The notes below the pieces were generated by a model that saw only the letters and a list, made by a program, of their open reading frames with translations, was not told the DNA's origin and searched no databases. Of a stretch of 64,000 bases of DNA, positions 53,527-63,166 are shown piece by piece; position 1 is the first letter of the stretch, and every line of letters begins with the position of its first letter. The DNA comes from Acidimicrobiia bacterium. GTDB lineage: Bacteria; Actinomycetota; Acidimicrobiia; Spongiisociales; Spongiisociaceae. The stretch is from NCBI GenBank assembly GCA_041576165.1, contig JBFGLM010000016.1:25301-89300 (forward strand), in the 5' to 3' direction. Position numbers and translations under genes: made by a program.

Positions 53527-54795
53527 TCAGGCGCTGCGCTCTTGCGGCTGCGGGTCGATCTCGTGTAGTGGCACCAGCGTGGGGTTCACCTGTTCGGCGA
53601 CGACCTGCTTGTCTATTACAACCCGCCCGATGTCACTCCGGGACGGCAGCTCGTACATCGTGTTGAGCAGCACTTCCTCCATGATGGCCCGGAGGCCTCT
53701 GGCACCGGTGCCGCGCAGGAGCGCCTGCTGGGCAATGGCATCCAGCGCGGCCGGCTCGAACTCGAGCTCCACGCCGTCAAATTCGAAGATCCGCGAATAT
53801 TGCTTGACGAGCGCATTCTTGGGCTCCTGGAGGATCCGGATCAGCGCATCCAGGTCTAGATCCTCTACGGTGGCCACGACCGGCAAGCGGCCGATGAATT
53901 CCGGGATCAGCCCGTATTTGATCAGATCCTCAGGGAGGACCTTCGCGAGTATCTCACTCGACTTGGCTTCGGAACTGCCCTTCACGTCGGCGCCGAAGCC
54001 GATCCCGCGATTGCCGATCCGGGCCCCGATCACATCTTCCAATCCGGCGAAGGCCCCGCCGCAGATGAACAACACGTTGGTGGTGTCGATCTGGATGAAC
54101 TCCTGGTGCGGGTGCTTGCGGCCGCCTTGGGGTGGCACCGACGCCACGGTGCCCTCCAGGATCTTGAGCAACGCTTGCTGAACGCCCTCACCCGACACGT
54201 CACGGGTGATCGACGGGTTTTCGGCTTTGCGAGCGATCTTGTCGATCTCATCTATGTAGACGATGCCCTGCTCGGCCCGTTTGACGTCATAGTCGGCGGC
54301 TTGGATCAGCTTCAGGAGGATGTTCTCCACGTCCTCACCGACATACCCCGCCTCGGTCAAGGCAGTGGCGTCGGCGATGGCGAATGGAACGTTCAGCTGA
54401 CGGGCGAGGGTTTGGGCAAGCAGCGTTTTGCCGCACCCGGTGGGGCCGATCAACAAGATGTTGGACTTGGCCAGCTCGACCTCGTCCTTGCGGGGCTGGC
54501 CGGCCCGGACTCGCTTGTAATGGTTGTACACCGCGACGGACAGGACCTTCTTCGCTCGCTGCTGGCCGACTACGTAGCCGTCCAGGAACGAGAAGATCTC
54601 ACGCGGTCGGGGCAGCTCGGAGAAGGTGAGCTCTTCGGACGCCGAGAATTCCTCTTCGATGATCTCATTGCAGAGGTCGATGCACTCATCGCATATGTAG
54701 ACGCCAGGTCCGGCAATCAGCTTCTTGACCTGTTTCTGGGACTTGCCGCAGAAACTGCATTTCAAAAGGTCTCCGCCCTCGCCGAACTTGGCCAT
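53527..54795 (-). CDS. clpX: ATP-dependent Clp protease ATP-binding subunit ClpX
   Basis: CSFCGK...ICDEC zinc finger, [16 protein letters not shown] loop. Confidence 0.98.
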   Translation of the reverse strand: MAKFGEGGDLLKCSFCGKSQKQVKKLIAGPGVYICDECIDLCNEIIEEEFSASEELTFSELPRPREIFSFLDGYVVGQQRAKKVLSVAVYNHYKRVRAGQPRKDEVELAKSNILLIGPTGCGKTLLAQTLARQLNVPFAIADATALTEAGYVGEDVENILLKLIQAADYDVKRAEQGIVYIDEIDKIARKAENPSITRDVSGEGVQQALLKILEGTVASVPPQGGRKHPHQEFIQIDTTNVLFICGGAFAGLEDVIGARIGNRGIGFGADVKGSSEAKSSEILAKVLPEDLIKYGLIPEFIGRLPVVATVEDLDLDALIRILQEPKNALVKQYSRIFEFDGVELEFEPAALDAIAQQALLRGTGARGLRAIMEEVLLNTMYELPSRSDIGRVVIDKQVVAEQVNPTLVPLHEIDPQPQERSA

Positions 54796-54798
54796 CGC

Positions 54799-55437
54799 CT
54801 AGGCTCCTTCGCCGCTCACCGCCGACAATTCGCGCCGTGACAAAACATCGTCGACCACACCGTACTCTTTGGCCTCGGCCGCCAGCATCCAGAAATCACG
54901 GTCGGTGTCCTGCGACACCTTCTCATAGTCCTGGCCGCTGTGCTCAGCGAGGATGTGGTTGAGCTGCTCGCGCATCTGGATGATCAGCTTCGCTTGGATC
55001 TCGATGTCGGTCGCCTGACCCTGAGCGCCACCATGGGGCTGGTGCAGCATGATCCGTGCGTGCGGGAGGGCGAACCGCTTTCCCTTGGCTCCGCCGGCCA
55101 GGATCACGGCGGCCGCAGATGCCGCCATGCCCATGCAGACTGTGTTCACGTCCGGCTTGATGTACTGCATCGTGTCGTAGATCGCGAACAGGCTGGTGAT
55201 CGATCCACCCGGTGAGTTGATGTAGAGGAAGACGTCCTTGTCGGGATCCTCGCTCTCCAGATGCAGCAGCTGGGCCATGATCAGGTTGGCCACCGCGTCG
55301 TCGATGGGAGTTCCCAGGAAGATGATGCGGTCTTTCAGCAGACGTGAGTAGATGTCGAATGCCCGTTCGCCCCGACTGGTCGACTCGATGACGGTAGGTA
55401 CGAGGTAGCTCTGCGGAATCTCAAACTCTGTGCTCAT
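54799..55437 (-). CDS. clpP: ATP-dependent Clp protease proteolytic subunit
   Basis: [32 protein letters not shown]. Confidence 0.98.
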   Translation of the reverse strand: MSTEFEIPQSYLVPTVIESTSRGERAFDIYSRLLKDRIIFLGTPIDDAVANLIMAQLLHLESEDPDKDVFLYINSPGGSITSLFAIYDTMQYIKPDVNTVCMGMAASAAAVILAGGAKGKRFALPHARIMLHQPHGGAQGQATDIEIQAKLIIQMREQLNHILAEHSGQDYEKVSQDTDRDFWMLAAEAKEYGVVDDVLSRRELSAVSGEGA

Positions 55438-55445
55438 GGTCGCTC

Positions 55446-56912
55446 TCACTCTTCTTCGTCCCCGTCTGGGGAGTGGTCTTCTGGCACGTCGCGCTCTTCG
55501 GCCGAATTGCCTTCTGAGGCGGCTCCAGCTCCCACATTCCCGTCGGCTTCTGCCCGGGCGCTATTCTCCACGGCCTCGGGTGAGGGTTCAACGTCTTCTT
55601 GACCGAGGTCGATGGGAGTGCCGTTTTCATCAACTGCGACCGCGCCTTCGACGATCGCCGCCAGCGCCTTGCGCCTCAGGATATCACCGACTATTCGCTT
55701 CTCTTGCACGGTGCCCGCGAAGCGGGTGGCCAGCTCTGCCGGCTCCTCTTCGCCTTGCGTGGCCAGCGCCTCGTACACCGAAGCCAGTTCGCCGTCGTCA
55801 ACCTCGAGGCCGGCCGACTCGGCCACGGTGTCGAGCAGGATGTCCGTTCGTACACTGCGTAGGGCTTGCTGGCGCAGGTCATCGAGAAAAGCTTCCTGGG
55901 TCATACCGGTGACTTCGAGGTAGTCGTTGAACTCGATGCCGGAGTCAGACAGCCGGTGGCTGAACCGGTGGAAGATCTCCTCCATCTCAGCGTTGACCAG
56001 ACCCTCGGGGATATCCAGTTCCATCTCCTCCAAAAGGGCCTCCATCAGCTTCGCCTGGAAGGTCTCCCGGGTGATGCCCAACCGCATCTCTTCCATCCGG
56101 GCAACCAGGTCTGACCGAAGGTCTTCGAGACTTTCGAACTCGGTGAAGTCGGACACCCACTCGTCCGTCAACTCGGGCAGTCGCTTCTCCTTCACCTCCT
56201 TGACGAGCACCTGAATCGTCACGCTCTGACCGGCCAGTTCACCGAATCGGTCGGGCAACGTCGTGTCGAACTTCTCGATTACGCCGGCTGATCGTCCAAT
56301 CACGTGCTCGTCTAAACCCTCGATGAGCGACTGTGAGCCGATCTCGTACAGGAGGTCGGTGGCCGAGACTTCGGGCACTGGCTCCCCGTTGCGGGTGGTT
56401 GAGAGATTGATCGACACGTAGTCGCCTTCATGCGAAGGACGATCCACGGTTTCCAGCTCGGCGAACTGTTCCCGCAACCTGTCGATTTGAGCCTCCACGG
56501 CCTCGTCGTCGATCTCGGGGCGTTCGACCTCGATCTCCCGATTCTCATACTGGGGGACTCTGTCGACTGTGGGCCAGAGGGTGACTTTGACGTCTACCTC
56601 GACGCCTCCCCCGTCAACGTCACGCAGCGCCTCGACTGAAGGGGCCACGGCCGGCTCCAGCGCGGCCTCCTCCAGCGCGCCGCCCACGACGTCGGGTAAC
56701 ACCTCGTCGATGGCTTCGGCCCGCACCCGCTCCGCGCCCACGGTTGCTTCGACGATGCGCCGGGGGGCTTTGCCCGGACGGAATCCCTTGATGTTGAGCT
56801 CACGGGAGATCTTGCGTGCGGCACGGTTCTTCGCCGCATCCAGGTCTGCTTCGGCCAGTTCGATCGTCAAGATCCGTTCGTACGGGCCCAGCTCCTGCAG
56901 GGTTTCACTCAC
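55446..56912 (-). CDS. tig: Trigger factor
   Basis: [10 protein letters not shown] ribosome-binding motif; tig-clpP-clpX order. Confidence 0.96.
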   Translation of the reverse strand: MSETLQELGPYERILTIELAEADLDAAKNRAARKISRELNIKGFRPGKAPRRIVEATVGAERVRAEAIDEVLPDVVGGALEEAALEPAVAPSVEALRDVDGGGVEVDVKVTLWPTVDRVPQYENREIEVERPEIDDEAVEAQIDRLREQFAELETVDRPSHEGDYVSINLSTTRNGEPVPEVSATDLLYEIGSQSLIEGLDEHVIGRSAGVIEKFDTTLPDRFGELAGQSVTIQVLVKEVKEKRLPELTDEWVSDFTEFESLEDLRSDLVARMEEMRLGITRETFQAKLMEALLEEMELDIPEGLVNAEMEEIFHRFSHRLSDSGIEFNDYLEVTGMTQEAFLDDLRQQALRSVRTDILLDTVAESAGLEVDDGELASVYEALATQGEEEPAELATRFAGTVQEKRIVGDILRRKALAAIVEGAVAVDENGTPIDLGQEDVEPSPEAVENSARAEADGNVGAGAASEGNSAEERDVPEDHSPDGDEEE

Positions 56913-56958
56913 GACAGCTCCAATTCGAGGGGATTCGCGACACGGTGTCGCGCACGAC

Positions 56959-56984
56959 GCGGCGGCTGTCGCAGACAGCCGCCG
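56959..56984 (-). terminator. GC hairpin between tRNA-His and tig
   Basis: cggcggctgtc-gca-gacagccgccg, a perfect 11-bp stem; no strong U tail. Confidence 0.5.
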
Positions 56985-56987
56985 ATC

Positions 56988-57066
56988 TGGGGTGACCGAG
57001 GGGACTTGAACCCCCGACCTCCAGGGCCACAACCTGGCGCTCTAACCGGACTGAGCTACGGCCACC
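56988..57066 (-). tRNA. tRNA-His(GTG)
   Basis: GGTGGCCGTAGCTCAG...CCAGGTTGTGGCCCTGG...GTTCAAGTCCCTCGGTCACCCCA; G-1 and CCA are encoded. Confidence 0.96.
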
Positions 57067-57109
57067 AAGTAGTAAGTGATCTTAGACGCTCCCCGGCCGC
57101 GGCCGGCCA

Positions 57110-57410
57110 GGGCGCGATGGGTTTCGGCCGCTCCAGCTCCAGCCACGGCCACCGGCGGAGCCGGCGAGCAGCACAGCCGCCACGCGAAGGCCAGCACCCC
57201 GGCGGCACAGCGCAGCAAGCCGCCACAAAAAGGGGGAGTTTGAGGGGGAACCCGCTGCGCTGTCCCCCTCAACCTGCATCGCAGCGACCTGCGCGGTGCG
57301 ATGCAGCAGGGAACAGGGCGGCAGAAGGCCGCTCCTCCAGACCTCGCCCCGAATCTTGATTCGGGGCGACACTCGGCCGGAGCCTGCTGCGGCCGAAACC
57401 CATCGCGCCC
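57110..57410. repeat. 301-bp non-coding cassette with 22-bp perfect terminal inverted repeats (MITE-like or structured nucleic acid)
   Basis: gggcgcgatgggtttcggccgc (57110-57131) is the exact reverse complement of 57389-57410; several perfect internal hairpins. Confidence 0.75.
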
Positions 57411-57478
57411 CCGGGAGGATTCGAACCCCCGACCAAGAGCTTAGAAGGCTCCTGCTCTGTCCACTGAGCTACGGGGGC
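57406..57478 (-). tRNA. tRNA-Arg(TCT)
   Basis: GCCCCCGTAGCTCAGTGGACAGAGCAGGAGCCTTCTAAGCTCTTGGTCGGGGGTTCGAATCCTCCCGGGGGCG. Confidence 0.96.
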
Positions 57479-57532
57479 GGTGATCACGGGACATTGCCGC
57501 ACGGCCGGCCATCCGGGAGCGGTCCGACCCTC

Positions 57533-57604
<72 letters not shown>

Positions 57605-57612
57605 AGGGCGCG

Positions 57613-58443
57613 TCATTGTAAACGCCGGTCTTGTGCGTTTCGATCCGATTGGCCCGCACGCCTTCGGCGCACGGCCTCCACATACCGGCCGGCCGCTTCG
57701 CGCCCTTCTGGATCTGAAATGGCCGCGAGGAAGCTATCGGCGTCCGACCAACTACGAGCAATCGCGACGGAGTGATCCGTGACAGCATTGACGTGCCGTT
57801 TGGTTGCTGCGATCGGGTAGGCGGGCTTCGCAGCGATGACAGCGGCCAGACCCGCCACCTCGCCCTCTAACTCGGCCGGCGGCACGACGCGGTTCACGAA
57901 CCCGGCGGCCAGCGCCTCGGGGCTCGTGAACGGCCGGCAGGTCATGACCAGCTCTTTGGCCAGGGCCGGGCCGATTTCTCGCACCAAGCGGGGGATGCCG
58001 CCCCATGCCAAGGGAATGCCCAGGTCTACCTCAGGGATGGAGAAATACGCGTCGTCTGCCGCGACCCGCAGGTCACACGCCGCCGCCAGCACAACGGCCC
58101 CGCCGACACAATGGCCTTGAATCTGCGCTATTGCGATCGGCCGCATTCCCTCGATCGCATCGGCCATCCGGCCACCGAGCTCGGCGACCCCCCGAGTTTC
58201 CAAATCGGGCCGCGCCCGCTGGAACATGTCGCGGTCGGCCCCGGCTGAGAAAGAGCGGCCGGCTCCTTTCACGACGACTACCCGGATGTTGGGCTGGCGA
58301 TCGAGCCAGGCGGCCGTTTCCGTGATCTCGCTCAGCATCTCAGGGCTGAGCGGGTTCAGCCGCTCCGGGTCATTGAGCGTCAGGGTCGCCACCGCACCCT
58401 CAACCTCGAGACATGTACGCGTAAGGCTGGGTAGCTGATCCAT
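57613..58443 (-). CDS. Enoyl-CoA hydratase/isomerase family protein
   Basis: FSAGAD, GHCVGG, ACDLRVAA, PEVDLG. Confidence 0.93.
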   Translation of the reverse strand: MDQLPSLTRTCLEVEGAVATLTLNDPERLNPLSPEMLSEITETAAWLDRQPNIRVVVVKGAGRSFSAGADRDMFQRARPDLETRGVAELGGRMADAIEGMRPIAIAQIQGHCVGGAVVLAAACDLRVAADDAYFSIPEVDLGIPLAWGGIPRLVREIGPALAKELVMTCRPFTSPEALAAGFVNRVVPPAELEGEVAGLAAVIAAKPAYPIAATKRHVNAVTDHSVAIARSWSDADSFLAAISDPEGREAAGRYVEAVRRRRAGQSDRNAQDRRLQ

Positions 58444-58530
58444 GCCGCTCCTCCGGCCGGGGGTCCGAACAATATCGCGCCAGTAAAGGACGGCGGGCTC
58501 GCCACCCGGGTCGCGTACAATGCCGCCTAC

Positions 58531-58604
58531 CGGGCTGTGGCGCAGTTTGGCAGCGCGCCTGCTTTGGGAGCAGGAGGTCGTCGGTTCGAATCCGACCAGC
58601 CCGA
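58531..58604 (+). tRNA. tRNA-Pro(TGG)
   Basis: CGGGCTGTGGCGCAGTTTGGCAGCGCGCCTGCTTTGGGAGCAGGAGGTCGTCGGTTCGAATCCGACCAGCCCGA; TACAAT -10 at 58516-58521. Confidence 0.96.
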
Positions 58605-58713
58605 CCGGCGTTGTTGGGTACCCCATTGTGGGGCCCACACGGCGTCGTGGGGGCCGACCAAGCGAATCGACTTGTAGCAGCGGGACGGCTGATCGTGCAA
58701 TAGGGTTGACCTG

Positions 58714-59436
58714 ATGCACCTCGTGATCATTACCGGCGGCTCCAGTGGGATCGGGCGCGCGCTGGTCGCAACCTGCCCGTACCCGGAGCCCCGCGTCATC
58801 GATATCAGCCGGCGCGGCGGTGGAGCAGCCGAGCACGTGGAGTCCGATTTGTCGACCGAAGCTGGATGGGACATCGCCACCGAGGTCTTTGAGCAGCACG
58901 TGGCCGATTTCGACGGCGAGAGAGTCGTCTGTGTGCTCAATGCGGGAACGCTGTTCCCGATCGGTTTCGCCGGGCACGTCGATGCAGCTGCGTACCGCCG
59001 CAATGTGATGGTCAACAGCGCCGCGCCCCAGGTTCTCGGCGACGCGTTTCTCCGTGCCGCTGCGAACACCGAAGCTCGCACCGATCTGGTCTTGATAGGG
59101 TCCGGAGCTGCGACGAACGCGTATCCCGGCTGGAGCTCCTATGGGGCCGCCAAGGCGGCTGCTGCGCAGTGGGTGCGCAGCGTGGGTCAAGAACAAGAGA
59201 TTCTCGGTACGGCAAATCATGTCTGGTGGATCGCTCCTGGGGTTGTGGCGACGCCGATGCAGGCTGAGATACGGGCCACTGGCGAAGACGCCTTCCCGGC
59301 CGTCCCGCGCTTCCAGCAGATGCACGACGAGGGGGAACTGCGCGAGCCGCACGATGTCGCGAACCAACTGTGGCGCGTTTTGGACCAGGATCATCCGAAC
59401 GGAGCGGTTCTCGACCTGCGCAGAATGATGAGTTGA
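58714..59436 (+). CDS. SDR oxidoreductase (benzil/sepiapterin reductase-like)
   Basis: TGGSSGIG, LNAG, SGAA...W.SYGAAK, APGVVATPMQ..IR. Confidence 0.9.
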   Translation: MHLVIITGGSSGIGRALVATCPYPEPRVIDISRRGGGAAEHVESDLSTEAGWDIATEVFEQHVADFDGERVVCVLNAGTLFPIGFAGHVDAAAYRRNVMVNSAAPQVLGDAFLRAAANTEARTDLVLIGSGAATNAYPGWSSYGAAKAAAAQWVRSVGQEQEILGTANHVWWIAPGVVATPMQAEIRATGEDAFPAVPRFQQMHDEGELREPHDVANQLWRVLDQDHPNGAVLDLRRMMS

Positions 59437-59623
59437 GGCAGCCGCGGCTTAGCAATAGGCGTTCGAGCACGACGGGCGAATGACCCAAGGATGTTTGCGG
59501 GGCTTCATCGGCTGAGCCCCCGAGGCAGCTGCCGGGCAAATAGAACGAGTTCCAAAACCGGTCGCGGCAACGCCACCAGTTGGCGGAGTAAACGCCAAGC
59601 TGCAGGGTCTTCGAGCCAAGCCG

Positions 59624-59696
59624 TGGGTCGCCCGGGACTCGAACCCGGAACCTGCCGGTTAAGAGCCGGATGCTCTGCCAATTGAGCTAGCGACCC
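59624..59696 (-). tRNA. tRNA-Lys(CTT)
   Basis: GGGTCGCTAGCTCAATTGGCAGAGCATCCGGCTCTTAACCGGCAGGTTCCGGGTTCGAGTCCCGGGCGACCCA. Confidence 0.96.
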
Positions 59697-60409
59697 GGCG
59701 TTAGATTACTGCCCAACCACAGGCGAGCCACATCGAGCCAGACCATTGTTCTAATCCAGGCGTCGGTGCTGCGCTGCATCCGGACGCGACACACACCCGA
59801 CGGCAGGTGGTTCTTTCGATGTCCGGTCCCGTCGGGTTTTATGAACGACTTCGTGAAGTCGGATTCCGCATCCAGCGATAGCTCCGTCGCCCAGTACCGT
59901 CGGGCAGCTTGCTCGTCGTTGTCGGCGTGCAGGTTCACGGTCGCACGGAACTGTGCGTCGGTAGCGTGGTAGGCACGTGTCCAATGCATGAACAGCCGCA
60001 ACGCCTCAGGTTCGCTGTTCGCGAGTTCTAGCCGGCGGCTCGTCTTGCTTCCCTCGCCCCAATAGAGCACTACCCCGGCCGTCCATAGGGGATCCGAAAG
60101 CATCCTGCTACCGCTGATGGCCGCTGAACGCTGGATTTCACGGATCTCTCTGCGCCGGCGCCATTGCGTGTCAATCTGCCGAGGTCGCCGAGCGCGCGAG
60201 CGACTCACAATCCCTTCGCGCTGGCGGTCGGAGAGTTCTATTCCTTTGCACCACTATGAAAGAGTGCTCTTACTCACTGGCACGTGTGACGCGATCTCGG
60301 CGTACGACAGCCCTTGTGCTCGGAGATCCCGAGCAAGCTCAAACTGCTCGGAGCGGCTCAAGGTCGGCCAGAGGCGCACCCGGCGCTGGACAGAGTCTGA
60401 CACCTCCAC
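59687..60409 (-). pseudogene. HTH + LAGLIDADG-like protein with one in-frame TAG (60254-60256)
   Basis: ARDLRAQGLSYAEIASHVPVSKSTLS*WC (HTH), then AGVVLYWGEGSK...LELANSEPEALRLF...YWATEL...GVCRVR; both parts are in the same frame. Confidence 0.75.
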
Positions 60410-60412
60410 GAC

Positions 60413-60428
60413 TCGAGCATATGTGCCG
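60413..60428. promoter_or_regulatory. Degenerate LexA-box-like site overlapping a candidate -10 (TATGCT, minus strand)
   Basis: tcgagc-atat-gtgccg compared with the actinobacterial consensus TCGAAC-N4-GTTCGA; several mismatches. Confidence 0.3.
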
Positions 60429-60498
60429 GTTATGACGGATTTCGATAGCGGTGCGCCGGAGATGCCGAGGACGGGACCAAGTACCATGGCACGGCGCC

Positions 60499-60582
60499 GC
60501 GGGTGTGGCGGAATTGGCAGACGCGCCAGGTTTAGGTCCTGGTGGGCATCGTCCCGTGGGGGTTCGAGTCCCTCCACCCGCA
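60499..60582 (+). tRNA. tRNA-Leu(TAG)
   Basis: GCGGGTGTGGCGGAATTGGCAGACGCGCCAGGTTTAGGTCCTGG...GTTCGAGTCCCTCCACCCGCA with a long variable arm. Confidence 0.96.
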
Positions 60583-60583
60583 C

Positions 60584-60774
60584 GGCAGTTTCGAGGGCTC
60601 AGCTGCTCGGAGAATCCTCCGGATTCTCGTCGCCGAGAACCAAAGACTTGCACGCCGTCCCAACAACACCAGGCAGCTTCGAAGGCTCAACTGCTCGGAG
60701 AATCCTCCGGATTCTCGTCGCCGAGAACCAAAGACTTGCACGCCGTCCCAACAACACCAGGCAGCTTCGAAGGC
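60584..60774. repeat. 88-bp tandem direct repeat (2 copies + 15 bp) with an internal hairpin
   Basis: Units start at 60584, 60672 and 60760; the two full units differ at 3 positions; hairpin gagaatcc-tcc-ggattctc. Confidence 0.92.
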
Positions 60775-60917
60775 CACTGGCTGCCATCCGGCGCAAGCTC
60801 CCGGCGCGTCATGAGCACCCTTGGGGTTCGCCGCAGTCACGCGGCCCGTCGCTACTCCGGTGCTGCGCTTGGTTCCCGCCTCGCCACAATCACTACCAGC
60901 GCTGGTACGTTGAGAGC

Positions 60918-62024
60918 ATGGATACCGTGGGGCAGCGGTTTTTTGACAGCCGGGCCGCGTTCACGATGTTCGTCACCACCACAGACGAGAAATTCGAGAT
61001 CGCGGAGCGTATCGACCGCGAAAGCGAACACCTACAGCCCGGTGATTGGGCCCTTCGCATCTTCGATGCCGGGATGGGCGACGCCACCGTGCTCGGGCTT
61101 CTCATGCGCCGGCTTCACAAGCAGTTTCCCCACGTCCCTTGGCGGGTGGTCGGCAAAGAGATCAGCGTCGAGGACGTCCGCCACGCGCTCGGCTGGCTGC
61201 CCGACCGCATCGCCGAACATCCCGAGTTGGTTTTCGTCGTCACCAACCTTCGTTACGCCCAGGCCCCGAGCCTCACCTCCAAAGGCGACCTTCGCTGGCG
61301 CGTCCACGCGCTAGAGGGATCGACAGCCCATGATTTCGAATTGCAGATCCGGTCGGCCCATCCGATGGTCGAAGCCGATTGGGAGGTGACGACATCGGCC
61401 CAGACCGGGAATCCCATCCCGGCCCATCCGTCGGTCCACGTCTTCTACCGCAAGGATCGCGAATTCATCCTCCGCAACGCCATCCCCCGATCCGGCTACG
61501 TCGACGGTGAATACGACCTAATCATCGCGTCACAGCCGTACCGGGCTCGCAGCTCGGCCGAGCACAAGGTGCGTACCGTGATTGCACCACTCGCCAAGGC
61601 GCTGGCGCCCGGCGGCCGCCTCATCGGGATCCACGCCCACGGCGCCGACCCCGGGCTCGACATCATCCGCGGCGTTTGGCCGGATGAGGATCCGTTCGTG
61701 ACCGACCGCAACGACATCCTCGTAGAAGCGGAAGCACAGCTGGCGGCCCAGCATCCCGACCTCGAGTTTCCGAAGTTGTCCGACGATGAAGCGATCTTCC
61801 GCTTTCGGCTCAACGCGATGCCGTCCGAGCAACAGGAGCACATCGGAACCTCATCCATCCTGGCCGCTTGGAACGCCGCCGCCTACGTTGCACAGATCGG
61901 CGAAGCGCGGTTGGCAGAGGCCCTCGCCAGCGGCGCCTACGTGGACGCCACTCGCCGGGTCCTGAAGGAGTACGGCGGCGTGTGGTTCAACGACGAGTCG
62001 TACGTCATCAAACGCAAGGGGTGA
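60918..62024 (+). CDS. Hypothetical protein with a class I SAM-methyltransferase-like motif
   Basis: 368 aa; IFDAGMGDAT motif-I-like, YDLIIASQPY, LAPGGRL. Confidence 0.75.
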   Translation: MDTVGQRFFDSRAAFTMFVTTTDEKFEIAERIDRESEHLQPGDWALRIFDAGMGDATVLGLLMRRLHKQFPHVPWRVVGKEISVEDVRHALGWLPDRIAEHPELVFVVTNLRYAQAPSLTSKGDLRWRVHALEGSTAHDFELQIRSAHPMVEADWEVTTSAQTGNPIPAHPSVHVFYRKDREFILRNAIPRSGYVDGEYDLIIASQPYRARSSAEHKVRTVIAPLAKALAPGGRLIGIHAHGADPGLDIIRGVWPDEDPFVTDRNDILVEAEAQLAAQHPDLEFPKLSDDEAIFRFRLNAMPSEQQEHIGTSSILAAWNAAAYVAQIGEARLAEALASGAYVDATRRVLKEYGGVWFNDESYVIKRKG

Positions 62025-62147
62025 CACGCCGCGACTCGCGCGGCTCGCAGCTCCACGGGCCGCTCGGCGGCCATTCCGGCCTCGGAGTGCCCGGGAAGCA
62101 GGCAAGCCACCGGGATCCGAGAACGCGACCTGGGAGCGAGCCTCGTC

Positions 62148-62317
62148 TCAGCGCTTCACCACGATCGTCATGTGCTCGTCGCCCGGCCACCGCATCCTGG
62201 CTGGTGACCGCGAAACTCGTGTTCGACCTGACTGTTCTCCTGCACCCGGAACTCGATCTTCTGGCCGGCCTCAACCTCGAGTGACTACGGGACGAAAGAT
62301 AATTCAGCCATGACCAC
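62148..62317 (-). pseudogene. Cupredoxin-like gene remnant
   Basis: VVMAELSFVP*SLEVEAGQKIEFRVQENSQVEHEF resembles a cupredoxin N-terminal half; TAG at 62285-62287; the C-terminal Cys/His/Met loop is absent. Confidence 0.5.
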
Positions 62318-62509
62318 ACCGAGGACGCGAGATCCGACTGATCCTTCCGGCCACACCGATGGCAGGCCGCGTCATCACGCCCATGGCCGGCAGTCGAGCG
62401 GTGGCACCGTCACCGATCACATACGTAGGTCACGATGACGAGTGACCGGCTATCGGGGCGCCTGCGGGCCGCTCGACCCCGGGCTGGCAGTCGAGCGAAG
62501 TTGCCATCT

Positions 62510-63148
62510 GTGAACGCCGATGTACCTAAAGTGGGACGGCCGGGGAGCGGGCGGGCGGTTCGACGCTCTGAGGCCGCGACGCATTTGCAGACTTTTGATT
62601 CGATTCTGGGTGCCGCACAGGCGGGGGGTGAATGGGCCTGGAGGGTGCTCTACGACGAGTATTTCCCTCCGTTGGTCGGATATTTTCGCGTCCAGGGCAG
62701 CCAGGACCCGGAGAACCTGGCCGGCGACGTCCTGCTCCGCATGTCGCGAACCATCCACAACTTCGCCGGTTCTGAAGGAAAGTTCCGCTCCTGGGTCTTC
62801 ACCATCGCCCACAACCGCCTCATCGACGAGCGCCGCAAACGAACCAGAAAGCCGGAGAACCTCGAGGATGAGCTTCCGGACCAACCCGCTCCGGGACATA
62901 CCGAAGACTCCGCCCTCGCGCGTCTGGGCACTGAGTCGGTGGTGGAGGCGCTCGGTCTGCTGAGCGCGGATCAACGGGAGGTGCTGGCGCTGAGAATCCT
63001 CAACAGTTTCACCATTGCCGAGATCGCCGAAGTCACCGGCAAAGGTTCTGGGGCCGTCAAGGCACTCCAGCGCCGGGCGCTGCGGCGCCTCGCCAAGCAT
63101 TTCAAGACTGCCCCGTACCCTTTTGACCACTCCGAGCGTTCACCGTGA
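62510..63148 (+). CDS. ECF RNA polymerase sigma factor
   Basis: FRSWVFTIAHNRLIDERR (region 2) and LSADQREVLALR...IAEIAEVTGK..GAVKALQRRAL (region 4); start uncertain. Confidence 0.93.
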   Translation: MNADVPKVGRPGSGRAVRRSEAATHLQTFDSILGAAQAGGEWAWRVLYDEYFPPLVGYFRVQGSQDPENLAGDVLLRMSRTIHNFAGSEGKFRSWVFTIAHNRLIDERRKRTRKPENLEDELPDQPAPGHTEDSALARLGTESVVEALGLLSADQREVLALRILNSFTIAEIAEVTGKGSGAVKALQRRALRRLAKHFKTAPYPFDHSERSP

Positions 63149-63166
63149 TGGATGGAGTATTGGCAA

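Noticed and set aside
60584-60774. Possible mini-CRISPR array
   Set aside because: The sequences between the short repeats are essentially identical rather than unique spacers, and no cas genes are present.
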